Shown here piece after piece: positions 53,426-64,000 of a stretch of DNA of 64,000 nt (its first letter is position 1; each line of letters opens with the position of its first letter). Source of the DNA: Takakia lepidozioides (Eukaryota > Plantae > Bryophyta). The stretch is taken from positions 70,060,001-70,124,000 of the forward strand of contig CM060733.1 of assembly GCA_030704615.1 (NCBI GenBank), given 5' to 3'. Position numbers and translations under genes: made by a program. The notes beneath the pieces are model-generated. The model saw only the letters and a list, made by a program, of their open reading frames with translations, searched no databases and had not been told where the DNA came from.

Positions 53426-56400
53426 ATGGCATTGTCGGAGATCACAAATTTGTCGTTGAGCAAGCAGCCTCCTTATAACGCGCGGGTTGCAATTGATGGA
53501 AAGTATGCACCGTTGATTTTGAGAGGTCGATTACTAGAGGAGCAGACACCGAAGTCAAACTTCCCTAAAAAATGGAGAGCGGGAGGTATGAACATAGATC
53601 TCTGGCTTGATTCATCCCTTTATCCCATTGACCCAGCTACAGAAGTACGTCCCAACATGAGTTCCATAAGAGACTTGCTTCAATTCGTGGGAGATGGAGA
53701 GGAGGGTTTTCTGGGTTATGTGAAACACATTCAAAGTGTTTGCTCAACCTCTGTAGAGACCGCAAATTGGCAAATTCTATTCGAAGCTGCACAACAGCAA
53801 AGCGCAGTAGAGATTCAAAAATTGAGGGATCAAGTTCAAGTAGAAAGTTCCTCCTGCATGGAGAGTGATTCATTGAGTGCTCAGATCACTACTCTCGAAA
53901 GCAACATGAGCAACATGAGAGCTTCATATGAGAGTCAGCTGTCTGCGGTTACAAGTTCAAAATAAAGAAGAAGAAGTTCGTGTAATGGAGGGTGTTTGTG
54001 AAGCTCAATTGGAAGTTGTACGATCAATTCATGCGATGGAGTTAGATCAGATTGAGAGTTCCCACAAGTCCGAATTGAGATCCCTCAGGTTGCAGCTCAC
54101 AAGGTCTAGGGCAACTTATACTTGCTTGGAACAAAAACTGAGTAAGGTTCACAACACTCCCTATGGACCGAGAAGCCAAATACGCCAGAGGAAAGATCTG
54201 AACAATCTTGCACCAAACGGTGGACAAGCCAAGGCGCTTAGAAGATTCGCGCGGAGTATCATTATGCCAGCGATTGCACAAAAAGTGCAACAAGAGAACG
54301 TTGCATCAAACAACAAGAAGAGGCTTTATGGCAATAGAAGTACCTAAGAAGAATCTGGAAAAGTCTTTGCTCAAATTCTATCAAGGACTGAGCTAGATTC
54401 GATGTTGCATGTGCCTACTTTTACTCACGTAGGTGCAAAAATGGCAAATCAATATCTTAATGAAATCGGCAAACAGGTTGGGCCCAGTGAATGCCAGGAA
54501 TGGGATCACCCAAGCAGGTTACAGTGCAATTTACAAGAAGTTTAAAGGTGATGTAAAAGTTGCCTCCAAAGGGATGAGAGTAGGATGTCTGCCCAATCCG
54601 CATCGAGTGTCGAAATTGCGCAAGGAATTGAACTCCAAGCTTCAGGATTTCGTAGGTGAATACTACCACTTGAACAACAGCCTTGAAGTTCCTAAAAAGG
54701 TCAAGCACGGTGAAAAGAATGAGGCTACTTGAGTGACACTATCCGAGCACAATTCTTTTTTCGCGGATGTGGAGTAGGTGCAGCGTAGCATGGTCGAACT
54801 GTATGAGATCACACTTGCCGGTAAGTTTTCTACATCGTGCACCTACAAATTTTGTGTTTTTAATCTTTAATTTCATATATTCTTAGTATTGATCGCTTCA
54901 TTTTGATTTTATAGAATTGAAGGGGAGCCCTCTACAGTTTGTCTTGAAGCTTGATGAGGCAGAGATCATTCATGCCCAAAAGCTAGAAAGAGTGAGTATT
55001 ACCCTCATGAACCGTGCATTAGACCCATCCATCACTCCTGATAGTGAAAAGTTTTTCAGTGTGCAAAGTGAGAGAGAGATTTGGCCTATAGCTTGTTTTC
55101 AAGTGGCAAAGGAGAACACAGAGGTTCTGAACTGGGTGTTCCAACAAACCAAACTCCCTTCGCTAATTCAAGCCCAAGAAGATGGGCAACTTCTTCACGT
55201 CCCAGGTTTTGGTGATTACAAGATAGAGTGGCACATGGCAGCCGACATGAAGACAATAAAAGCCATGTTCGGTTTGAAGGGAGGTGCAAATAGTTTGCAT
55301 TCTTGCATTTATTGCATGCGGGAGAGAGTTAAGTCTGTAGAGGGGTCCATGAAGGACGCCGCTGCTGCTATTAGTAAGCGTTCCCATACATGGAATGGAG
55401 GCTTATTTGCCCAAAACATTACTGCCAAACCTGTGAGTGGGAGTCAGGGAAAAGATCGTTGGAAACCAGTGTTGCCCATCCCCATTGAAAGAGTGCATAT
55501 TTTCACTTTACACGCCATGAATAGGATCATTGAGAAAATGGTCCACCTCTATTTCATGTTCGTCTGGACCATTCGCGATAAGAAATTACAAGAGTTAGCT
55601 ATTGCTGACATGGAAAAAGTGTTGTCCAGCACTGGTGCATACGGTGGTATGGTTAAGATAATGAAAGATGATCAATTGTCTGGCAAATTGAGTAATATCC
55701 CCAACAAACCTTCGTTCAGTGGCCCACATGCTGCCAAACTCTTTAAACCGAGTACTTTAGAGGGAGGCTCCGACAAGTTGTACATTGATGTGGTAAAGTC
55801 CGAGCACAACCACACTGAAGATGGGGCATGTAGGAGAAATCGATTAGCATGTTGGGTTGCATTTGATAAATTGTGACCCTATCTTTCTGGCCTTACACTC
55901 ACCGGTGGACAAAAAGCTGAATATAAGAAATGCGTGGAGGAATTTGGATGCGCTTTCATCAAGAGTTGGGGGGAGGGTCCAGTTACACACTATATTGTGA
56001 GTATCTAAAACATCCCTTGATATTGATTGGAATGCTTATAGTAAAATTTTGCATTTCAATTATAGCACTTATAGATGACAATGCTAATTGTTCAAATTGA
56101 TTGGAATGCTTGTAGTAAAATAGCATAGATGACAATGCTAATTGTTTAAGTTGATAATTTGCAGCACGTATTGGTCAAGCACACCCCGTGGTTTGTTGAA
56201 AGGTATGGAAGCTTATCTGTCTGGTCATGTCAAGGAATGGAAAACTCGCATCACGCGGCAAAAGCGGCATATCAGCGTCATACTCAACATGCTGGAACAA
56301 AATGCAAGAAAAGTCCTTTGGTACAAACCTATGAACATTGGTTGAGGATCATTCAACATAGATTCAGAAACAAAAGCCTTCAATCGAATGTTGCCATTGG

Positions 56401-56596
56401 TAGCCTTAGAGGTGAGGAGGCAATTCAGGCCCGACGTACAGCATCCTTAAACTCAAGCGCAGCAGCGTACAGCGCTTTGTGGCGATTAAGATGCACTAGG
56501 GTTGGCAGTAGATGGGTACCAAACTCTGAAGAGCCGATTGTAGAAGAGCCGATTGAAGAGTCACCGGAGGAGCCAATTGCGGACTCCCGGGTATGA
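53426..56596 (+). mobile_element. RAG1/Transib-like DDE transposase pseudogene with two introns (54821-54914, 55997-56164)
   Basis: VLKLDEAE, SVQSE..WPI..KEN, AADMKTIK..GL..SCIYC, TLHA..R, spliced VTHYI|HVLVKH..RYGSLSVWSCQGMENSHH. Both introns are GT-AG and phase-compatible. Stops and frameshifts in the N-terminal coiled-coil half, and TGA at 55874. Confidence 0.8.
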
Positions 56597-57329
56597 GGTT
56601 CAAAGTTTAAACGTAGTCACCACTTCATGCGTTGTAAACAACATTCGGTACTTTCCTATGTTTTGTTTTGCTTGTTTTATTTTGTGTTGTTTTGTTTTGT
56701 TTTGTTTTTACTTAACCTTGTAAAATTGAAGGGATTTTAGACTCAAACACATTTACAAACATAGCCTTTCACATAGCCTTTCACTTCCATTTCTCTCCTC
56801 AGCCTTCTTGCTTGTGTTTCAAGTCAAGGATCTGAACCATTGATATAGTAACTCTGGCTGACATAGTAACTCTATACCATTGATACCAGACACTACCAGA
56901 TACTATACCATTGATATAGTAACTCCTAGTAACTCATTGCTAGACCCACGAGGGTTGATAACTCTGCCCTTGTTGTGGCTGTAGTAATTGGTGTACGTGC
57001 TGATGTTCTTACAGGTGCCCGCATCATCCGTTGCGAGCTAACAAAACTGCGATGGAACCAAGCCTAGGTCCTGCAGGTGAGGGATGCACATCTTCAGCAT
57101 CTGCCTTACTCATCGACATCTTACATGTAAACACAAGCTACCTACAGACCTAACTATACCTGCAACATTAGTACCTCATCAACAAATTCTGGCTTTTGGT
57201 TTGTGTCAGAGCAGTCAAGCGCCTTCTTGGCAGCTTCAGCCTCAGCTCGAGCTTCTTCAACAATAGCCTGCAGGCAGCTCCCTCATGTTGTCATGTTGTC
57301 ATGTGCAGGCAGCTCTTGCAAGCGCCTCT

Positions 57330-57625
57330 GCCGAAAGCTACATCTGGAGGCAAATCGAGTTGCCGTTGCATGTAAGCATGTTGAACATAGATTTGGATAC
57401 CACTGTGGATCCACCTTCGAAATGAAACTTCAACACCTTCGCCTTATACGCCCCCTCTGTTGTAGAAGTTCCGCCGTGCTTCGATGAATTTTTAGAATGA
57501 TCGCCTCTTTTATCCGGCATCAATGCTACCCAAGAGTTACTCTCCACCTTCATGGGAATCCAATGATCATCCTCGTCTTTTGAATTGAACAATATCACAG
57601 ATCCTACTTCACTTCGTGGCCGCAT
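57330..57625 (-). pseudogene. Small coding relic convergent with the RAG1-like gene, function unknown
   Basis: SNSWVALMPD..AYKAKVLKFHFEGGSTVVSK, continuing by frameshift as YVQHAYMQRQLDL; protein-like composition. Confidence 0.4.
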
Positions 57626-58549
57626 TGTGTTTTGGATTCACAATTCCCTCTGTATCCCACCAAGGAATCAACTTAGGATCTCGTTCCTAGCTGGCTCAGT
57701 TAGTGATTAACAACCTACTAAAATCAAGGTCCAGGGTATTGTATCATGTGTCCAAGTGATGCTTCTTGAGTTCTACTTCTTGCAAACTCAGAACAGGTTC
57801 AAAAAAGTTCATGTAGGAAAGCCAATGGCCTCATTACATAGCCTTGGCCCGCACACTGTTTGGGCAAAACAAGAGGGATACCTTTGTGAGGAGCTTACAC
57901 CAATACAATGCAGTCGGTGAATACAGGGGTCCCTCTCCGATGAGAATACAGGCTGGACATTATATCAGAAAATGGAGATTGCATATTGGAAATTTGATAT
58001 TGGATATTGATATTTGGAACCAGTTTGTCACATACAAAAACCCATCGATAGTGGCTTGAAATTGTAGTTCAACGAAAGCTTTACTCGCATAACCTGTTGA
58101 AACGATACTTGACAACAGACAAAGAAGAGAATAAAAACCAGAGAAACTTTAGGACTGGACCTAGCCTTGATAGAGACCTTAATCATGCATGCCTCAACAG
58201 AGCCAAGGCTTGGCGAGGGTGGTGCGCATGCCGGTTGATACCACGGAAAACTACTGGTTTGAACTACTAGTTCGGGACTAAACTGCCATGATAGGAGCAT
58301 GTACCCGTAAAACCATGTTGCTGATTTTAAAAGAAATTTTCGGCAGATTTCTGCAAGCCAGCCTATGTAATTAGGAAAAATAATTGTTCATGTTTCTCAC
58401 AAGTGCTCAGAGACCTTCAAAGATACTGGCAACCAGCAGCAAAACTGATTGCTGCCCAAACCCAACTTCCACTTTGCTTGTTCAACCAAAGCATGAAAAA
58501 AATCTGTCAGAAATTGCATAGATTGCAGCAGGACCTACATGTTCACACC

Positions 58550-58693
58550 GTAGTCGTCGGTAGCACTCCAAAGCTGTACACATCACTTTTCTCCGTTGGT
58601 CACATATTTAGGGTCCACATATCCAAATGTTCCCCTCACACCTGATGTTGTGGAATCTGTACTAGCCTCTTTGGATAGTCCAAAATCAGCCAC
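58550..58693 (-). pseudogene. Orphan exon of a receptor-like kinase (subdomains VII-IX)
   Basis: After acceptor cag: VADFGLSKEASTDSTTSGVRGTFGYVDPKY, then by frameshift TEKSDVYSFGVL. Confidence 0.9.
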
Positions 58694-59240
58694 CTGTAGC
58701 CACACCATTATGTCATTCATTAGAAGTTTAATGGGCCCTTAGGAAGGTGCGAGTTTTGTTTTCTTGAATTCTGCCCGTTCTTGGTTGTTGTACTTAATGA
58801 GACCTTACAGGCATGATAAAAATAGTACATGTTGGCACTGACAGTGGCACGTAGGCGCATCGCAAGGGACAATAGGGTCTCCACTATACGTTTCCCTAGA
58901 CTTTGAAGCTCCAGTGCGATCTGCCATTGTCACGTAAGCTTCAGGGTTTCCCACCATCGTTGCAAGCTTTTGGCCTTCTCGCCATCGTTTCACCTTGCAA
59001 GCGGTGCTCAACGCAAACCATGGCCTGTCCCTCGCTGTCTCTGCGGACTCCGCGCATCTTGCTTGCACGGGACACTCGGGAGGCGATGTTCGCCCGCGCT
59101 TTCGAGCTTCTCCGTGCGAGGCGCTCTTGTTGACTTTGCTCGGTGTTTAACTCCTACTATGTTTTGTCTTTCGAACGCGTTTTGTACTTCAGTTTCATTC
59201 ACAAAGACCAGACTCTTAGAAACGATGCTCAAATATGCAG

Positions 59241-59455
59241 GTTTTCATTTGCTTGGTGGGCTTACACGTTTCCCATGACCGCAGCTGCCATCGCCGCAAT
59301 CCATTATTCTCAGGAAGCTACTTGGCAGCTCAGGCCCTAGCATTAATTTGTTCTTGCACCTCATCTGTCACATATTCTTGTTAACAATCCAACATGCATT
59401 TTTCTCTTGCTCTTTTCCCGAATGACCTAGCCAAAGCGATCACTGCCCAAAAGTA
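59241..59455 (+). pseudogene. Orphan last exon of a SLAC1/SLAH anion channel
   Basis: After acceptor tgcag: FSFAWWAYTFPMTAAAIAAIHYS ... LFPNDLAKAIT. Confidence 0.85.
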
Positions 59456-59619
59456 AAAAAGAATACACAGGTTGTGTCATTATTGAGTGCCAGTAACGTG
59501 TGCGGGATGTGTATGAGTGGCAAGCGCTCCTCGCCACCTGCGGCATTCTCTGGACGTGGTCACACTACTGGTGATCTCTTTATTCTTCCATTGCTTGTTT
59601 ATCGCTTACATTGCATGCA

Positions 59620-61290
59620 TCTGTTGTGCAGGTCCAAGTTTCTTGGAAGGGCCAAGAAACCTTGTAGCAGATGGCAAGCTTGCGAATTTTACTGTAGAGG
59701 GTATTTTGTTTGAGTCATTTCCACTTGCACTGGCTGGCTTCATAGAAGTGAACGTGTGTGTGTTTGAGAAAGATGTTGACCCTGCAAACGTTGGCTTGCC
59801 ATACCTTAACGGCCATTGACCCCGGGGGATACTAACCCTGGGCCCATGTGACAAATTGTGTAGGATCCATCTCTGGAATCGCCCTAAGCCTGCCTGCGCT
59901 GCTAAGGTTCATACGACGATCAATTTCTGAACAGTGAAATGGATATTTATGTGCAGAGCATGGGCTTCATACTCTTTGTGCACCCACATTTCTGGTCAGT
60001 GAGAAGGCATTCGAAGTCCACACTGGAACATTATGGCGCCGTGGTTTACTTCGGATCCCTGTGGTATGGTTTGTGGCCCAGTGTGCAGGCGCAGTGTATA
60101 AGTAACTACTCAGCCCTGTGGGTAGTTGGCCTGCAGGCCTACTGCCCCCCTCTCTACAGATTGCTTGTAGACAATGTTGACAATGAGCTAGTGCAATTTT
60201 TGTAGAACAAGCTTAGGGTGTGCTGGTTTACCGACCTGACACATACGTCTGCAGTTGCACGGGCCAATGGGCACCATTTTGAGTTGCGAGACTTGTTTTC
60301 GCTGATGCTGGGCGCCTTCGTGTCTGGATTGCGTTGGACAGGCGCCCAAATGCTCCTTCAGGTCAGAATCTTTAAAGTGGTATTTCGATGGAATGCTTCA
60401 TGCGCGCGGGAATCAGTCAAGGTGTACAGATGATAACACCACCAACATGGTTGTTGAACCAACTGTGAGATGATTGAAAAGCTCATTGATAAGGTAGTTT
60501 TGCAGATGACGAACCATGTATGGGATTTCAGTTTGATCTTCAGAACGGTGTGATGTGAGGTGCCCACTTACCAACTGTAGTTCTCTGTGTATGTGGGTAC
60601 CCTTGGCGGGAATGTCATGGCAACGCTTTGGCAGAAAGAAGGTCTGTTCTATTTCCTCCTCTCCTAGTGCATGCTTTGGCCGCATCTATGTCAACACTTA
60701 ACACGCACGCACCACATTTCTATCACACTCATCTTAATTTACAACCACGTCAAAGGATGTGGCAGTATTTTGACTGGTGCTTGTCAGACTATGTGCAGGG
60801 ATTTTCATCTCACACCACCTCGTCTTCCTCCAAGTTGTCGCATCCATTGTAGAAATGGATCGATACCGCAGCCTCGGAATATACGTTCATTTCCTCATCC
60901 CTGATCCAAACATCCCCAAATGATGTTGGGTCCGGATAGCACTCCCGGTTGTATTGCATGTAGATCTGATCAACAAACCACCACTGACAACACTTCCACT
61001 CATGTACCATTGATGTGCGAAATCTATCCGGGTCCTCCGAAAGTGGGAAATCCTGGTCTCCAATCCGCACGTTCCAGAGTCGCCAAATACCACTACGTAG
61101 CTGGTCTCCCCACCTGTCTAGCAGATCCCGTGTCCACTCGTGGACATGTATGGACACCAGGTGTTCAGGCGCGTCATCGCTGAAAAGAGGACCTGGACAT
61201 AGCAAGACGACAACGTCGCCAACCCGGGCAGAATAACCTCTGTCCCAACCTTCAACCCAAGGGCACCCTGCTCGACCACACCCCATAGAA
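59620..61290 (-). pseudogene. Decayed coding region of unknown function downstream of the 96-bp array
   Basis: Protein-like ORF pieces 61286-60810 and 60685-60413, with further stop-broken frames; no family recognised. Confidence 0.4.
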
Positions 61291-61419
61291 ATGACGAAGG
61301 GATTGAGGAAAGAAGCGGCGGAAGGGGAATTGGGGATTGTGAAGAAAGTTGGACACTAGGAATGAAGTATATAGAGTCCGGAGGAGCACGATAGCCAAGT
61401 GCGAAAGGAGCCAAACGAT

Positions 61420-62190
61420 CCCCCGGATGGAAATCCGGCGCCGAATTTCCATCCAGGGGGTGTGGATGAAGTCGTGTCGGGGGAGGGAGGGCCATGTGGC
61501 ACACCAAGTTCATCCCAGGATGGAAATACGGCGCCGAATTTCCATCCATTTGGGAGGAGATCCAATCACGTTCAACCCATTTTCGTCCTGCCGGATGGAA
61601 ATACGGCGTTGAATTTCCATCAGGTGGAAGTTGGATGAAGTCGTTTCGGGGGGAGAGCCGTCCAGCTGGAACCCAAGTTCATCCCACCGGATGAAAATAC
61701 AACGCCGAATTTCCATCCAGGGGGATTTAGATGAAGTCATCTAGGGGAGAGAGGCTCCTAGTGACTCCCAAATTTCATCCCCCGGATGGAAATATGGCGC
61801 CGAATTTCCATCCAGGGGGGTTTGGATAAAGTCTTCTCGAGGGAAGGGAGCGACAAGTGGCACACCAAGTTCATCCCCTGGATGGAAATACGGTGCCGAA
61901 TTTCTATCCAAGGGGGGTTTGGATATAGTCCTCTTGGGGGAAGGGAGTGACAGGTGGCACACCAAGTTCATCCCCCGGATAGAAATACGGCGCCGAATTT
62001 CCATCCAAGGGTGGTTTTATGAAGTTGTCTCGGGGGGACGGTGCGACAGGTGGCACACCAAGTTCATTCCCTAGATGGAAAAACGGCGCTGAATTTCCAT
62101 TGCAGGGGAATTGGATGAAGTCGTCTCGGGGGGAGGGAGCGACAGGGGGCACACCAAGTTCATCCCCTGGATGGAAATACGTTTTCCAGG
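61420..62190. repeat. ~95-96-bp tandem array, about 9 palindromic cores GGATGGAAATACGGCGCCGAATTTCCATCC
   Basis: Cores at ~61425, 61518, 61593, 61689, 61784, 61880, 61977, 62073, 62169. Confidence 0.95.
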
Positions 62191-64000
62191 CTATGTTGTA
62201 CTGGAGCAAGGGAGGAGGAGCTGCACAGGTTTGTGCAATCAGATGTACTCAACGTCAATCTCACTCTGCACGAGACAACCACAAGCGACGCTTCATAATA
62301 GCTGAGCTGTTTGTGTTGTTGGAAGGAGATGCAATCCTTCGCAACGAGGATACCCATCTCAAAGCTTTCGAGTTGAGAGACCGTCAGACCCTACCTTTAT
62401 TTTCCTTGGTATTCAGTGAGCGGGAGATAGGGGAATTTTGTTTTGTTTTTACCTGGTAGAGACAGGAGGATGGTTGGTTAGAGAGGGCTACTGTAGCTTG
62501 GGATAGGATTAGTGGCCGGTTCTTTGATATATATATACCTCTCACACCTTACCATCCTGCAGAACGAGGTACCTTGAGAGCAATCTGGCATCCGGGTTTG
62601 GGCTGGGGTGTTCTGTAGGGGATACTGCAAAGGATTTTTAGTGTGGGGGTGTTGTTGTTTGATTTTCTTGTGTTTGGATCCCCTCCACACCTGCATGCTT
62701 GACTGTGCGCCATGATAGTTTTGTGTGGGCACTTATTTTCGTAAGGGTTAGGCCGGATTTGATCACCAATCAATCCTAGAGTATGCTGTCGGTGGGCTGG
62801 AGTGATGGCCAGTAGACCACCAGTGTTCTTTCTATGGTGAGTCTGCATTGATGAGCAGCAGACCATAGGAGTTCTTGCAGTGGATACTGGTGCATGTGCC
62901 CTTAGCCATTGGGATATGACCCTTAAGCCGTGTCAAGTAAATTTTACTATAGTGTGAAACTAACTAAAATATATATGGTTATTTGATTATTTTAACACTT
63001 GAAATTAGTTCAAGTGCTAAATCAGGTGTCAATATTTTTAAACTTGACACCTGGAATATCTTATCTTCACACTCGTCAGTCGTGCGGTTCATCTCTCTCG
63101 AGTTGAGCCTGCACGACTGAGAGCTCCCTCGCTGCTTAGCATGTGAGCGTGTGAGTGTACTTGTGGAGGGAAAGTATGATGTTGTGGGGTGGAGTCCCCA
63201 TAGTTTGGGGTGCCTTTGGCTCGACTGCCTATTTTAATGAGTGATTGTGTTTAGTGTTTATGTGTGTCATGACAGTGTGAGTTTAGTTTAGATTTCACTC
63301 GAGAGAGATGCTCTCTTACCTGTGAGTGCAAGGTAGGAGTTGAGAGTTAGCACTTGTATGATTACATGTATGTAAGTCATGCTTAGTTTGAAAGGTTTAA
63401 AAAAAGAAACAACGTGCAGGTTTAGACCATCCCAGTTTGGTTTCTAGGTATATAGATGGTCATGGGAAGCAGAGCGATCGGAAGAGCGCTCCTGGTTTTG
63501 GCTTTGGTTTTGCTTAAAGGCTGAGTGAGAAGCAGTTTCCGTTGCTTTATGGGTCAGCATTACAAGGACGCCGAGAGGATGGCGATGAGAGGATGCAGCT
63601 GGTACTGTTGGCATCAACGGTAGAGGTGGTGACGATAGCTGTTGCGACTGAGCACTTATCCCCGTGCAGGCCGACTCTATCATTGAATATTTTGGTTGGA
63701 AGAGGCTGGTAGCGGGGACATGAGTAGCCGTTTATCTTTTTAGGCGGGTCTGGAACCTGTGTGATCTGCAGAGAAGGAAGAGCCCCTGTGCGATCAAGAG
63801 TCGTACATGATGGCTATGGTCACTATCTAAGTCCTACCGGCAAAGAGAAGTTACGTACTCCTCTTCACAGGGTGAGTTTGCATTTCTAAGTCCTACGGTA
63901 TTCTACAATCTACTCAGTAACTGACTTCCAAGTCTTTTGTTTTATTGTCTAATTCCTATCGCCTAGGCCCTCGAGCCGCCTATAGCCGGGATATGTTTTA

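Noticed and set aside
52700-58400. RSS-like or Transib terminal inverted repeats around the RAG1-like gene
   Set aside because: CATTGTG (~57623) and CACTGTG (~57401) occur, but I found no matching left end or TSD by eye.
57000-58400. RAG2-like gene
   Set aside because: No kelch repeats or PHD finger recognisable.
61420-62190. CRISPR array (palindromic repeats at regular spacing; also 11735-12175 and 50660-51090)
   Set aside because: Spacers are homologous to each other or low-complexity, the context is eukaryotic and no cas genes are present; these are tandem or subterminal repeats.
62200-64000. Short ORFs at the window end
   Set aside because: No recognisable motifs or consistent splice structure.

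Overview
Eukaryotic, land-plant-type DNA: spliceosomal introns, PPR, SLAC1/SLAH and RLK fragments. The PHD-bearing Gypsy element hints at a non-seed plant, which is inference. There is one apparently intact host gene, a 3-RRM RBP45/RBP47-type RNA-binding protein (minus strand, ~16.5-21.8 kb), surrounded by nested, decayed mobile DNA. (1) A Ty3/Gypsy pol ending in a PHD finger. (2) Two copies of a GCM/SWIM Mutator-like transposase, a hidden SET-domain relic and a gag relic. (3) A ~25-kb hAT-type element (26278-51315; ~14 kb net) carrying a transposase, a RING-finger gene and a protein kinase gene, each directly downstream of an array of the same TGCGACCACC..GGTGGTCGCA palindrome plus a TATA box. 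Two non-autonomous CACTA elements loaded with PPR fragments sit inside it, and one splits the kinase in frame. (4) An intron-containing RAG1/Transib-like DDE transposase relic (53.4-56.6 kb) retaining all RAG1-type catalytic and zinc residues, with a convergent small ORF relic. (5) Scattered orphan host exons (RPS25, NAA40, RLK, SLAH) and ~96-bp palindromic tandem arrays. All assignments are by eye from motifs; no database searches were run.
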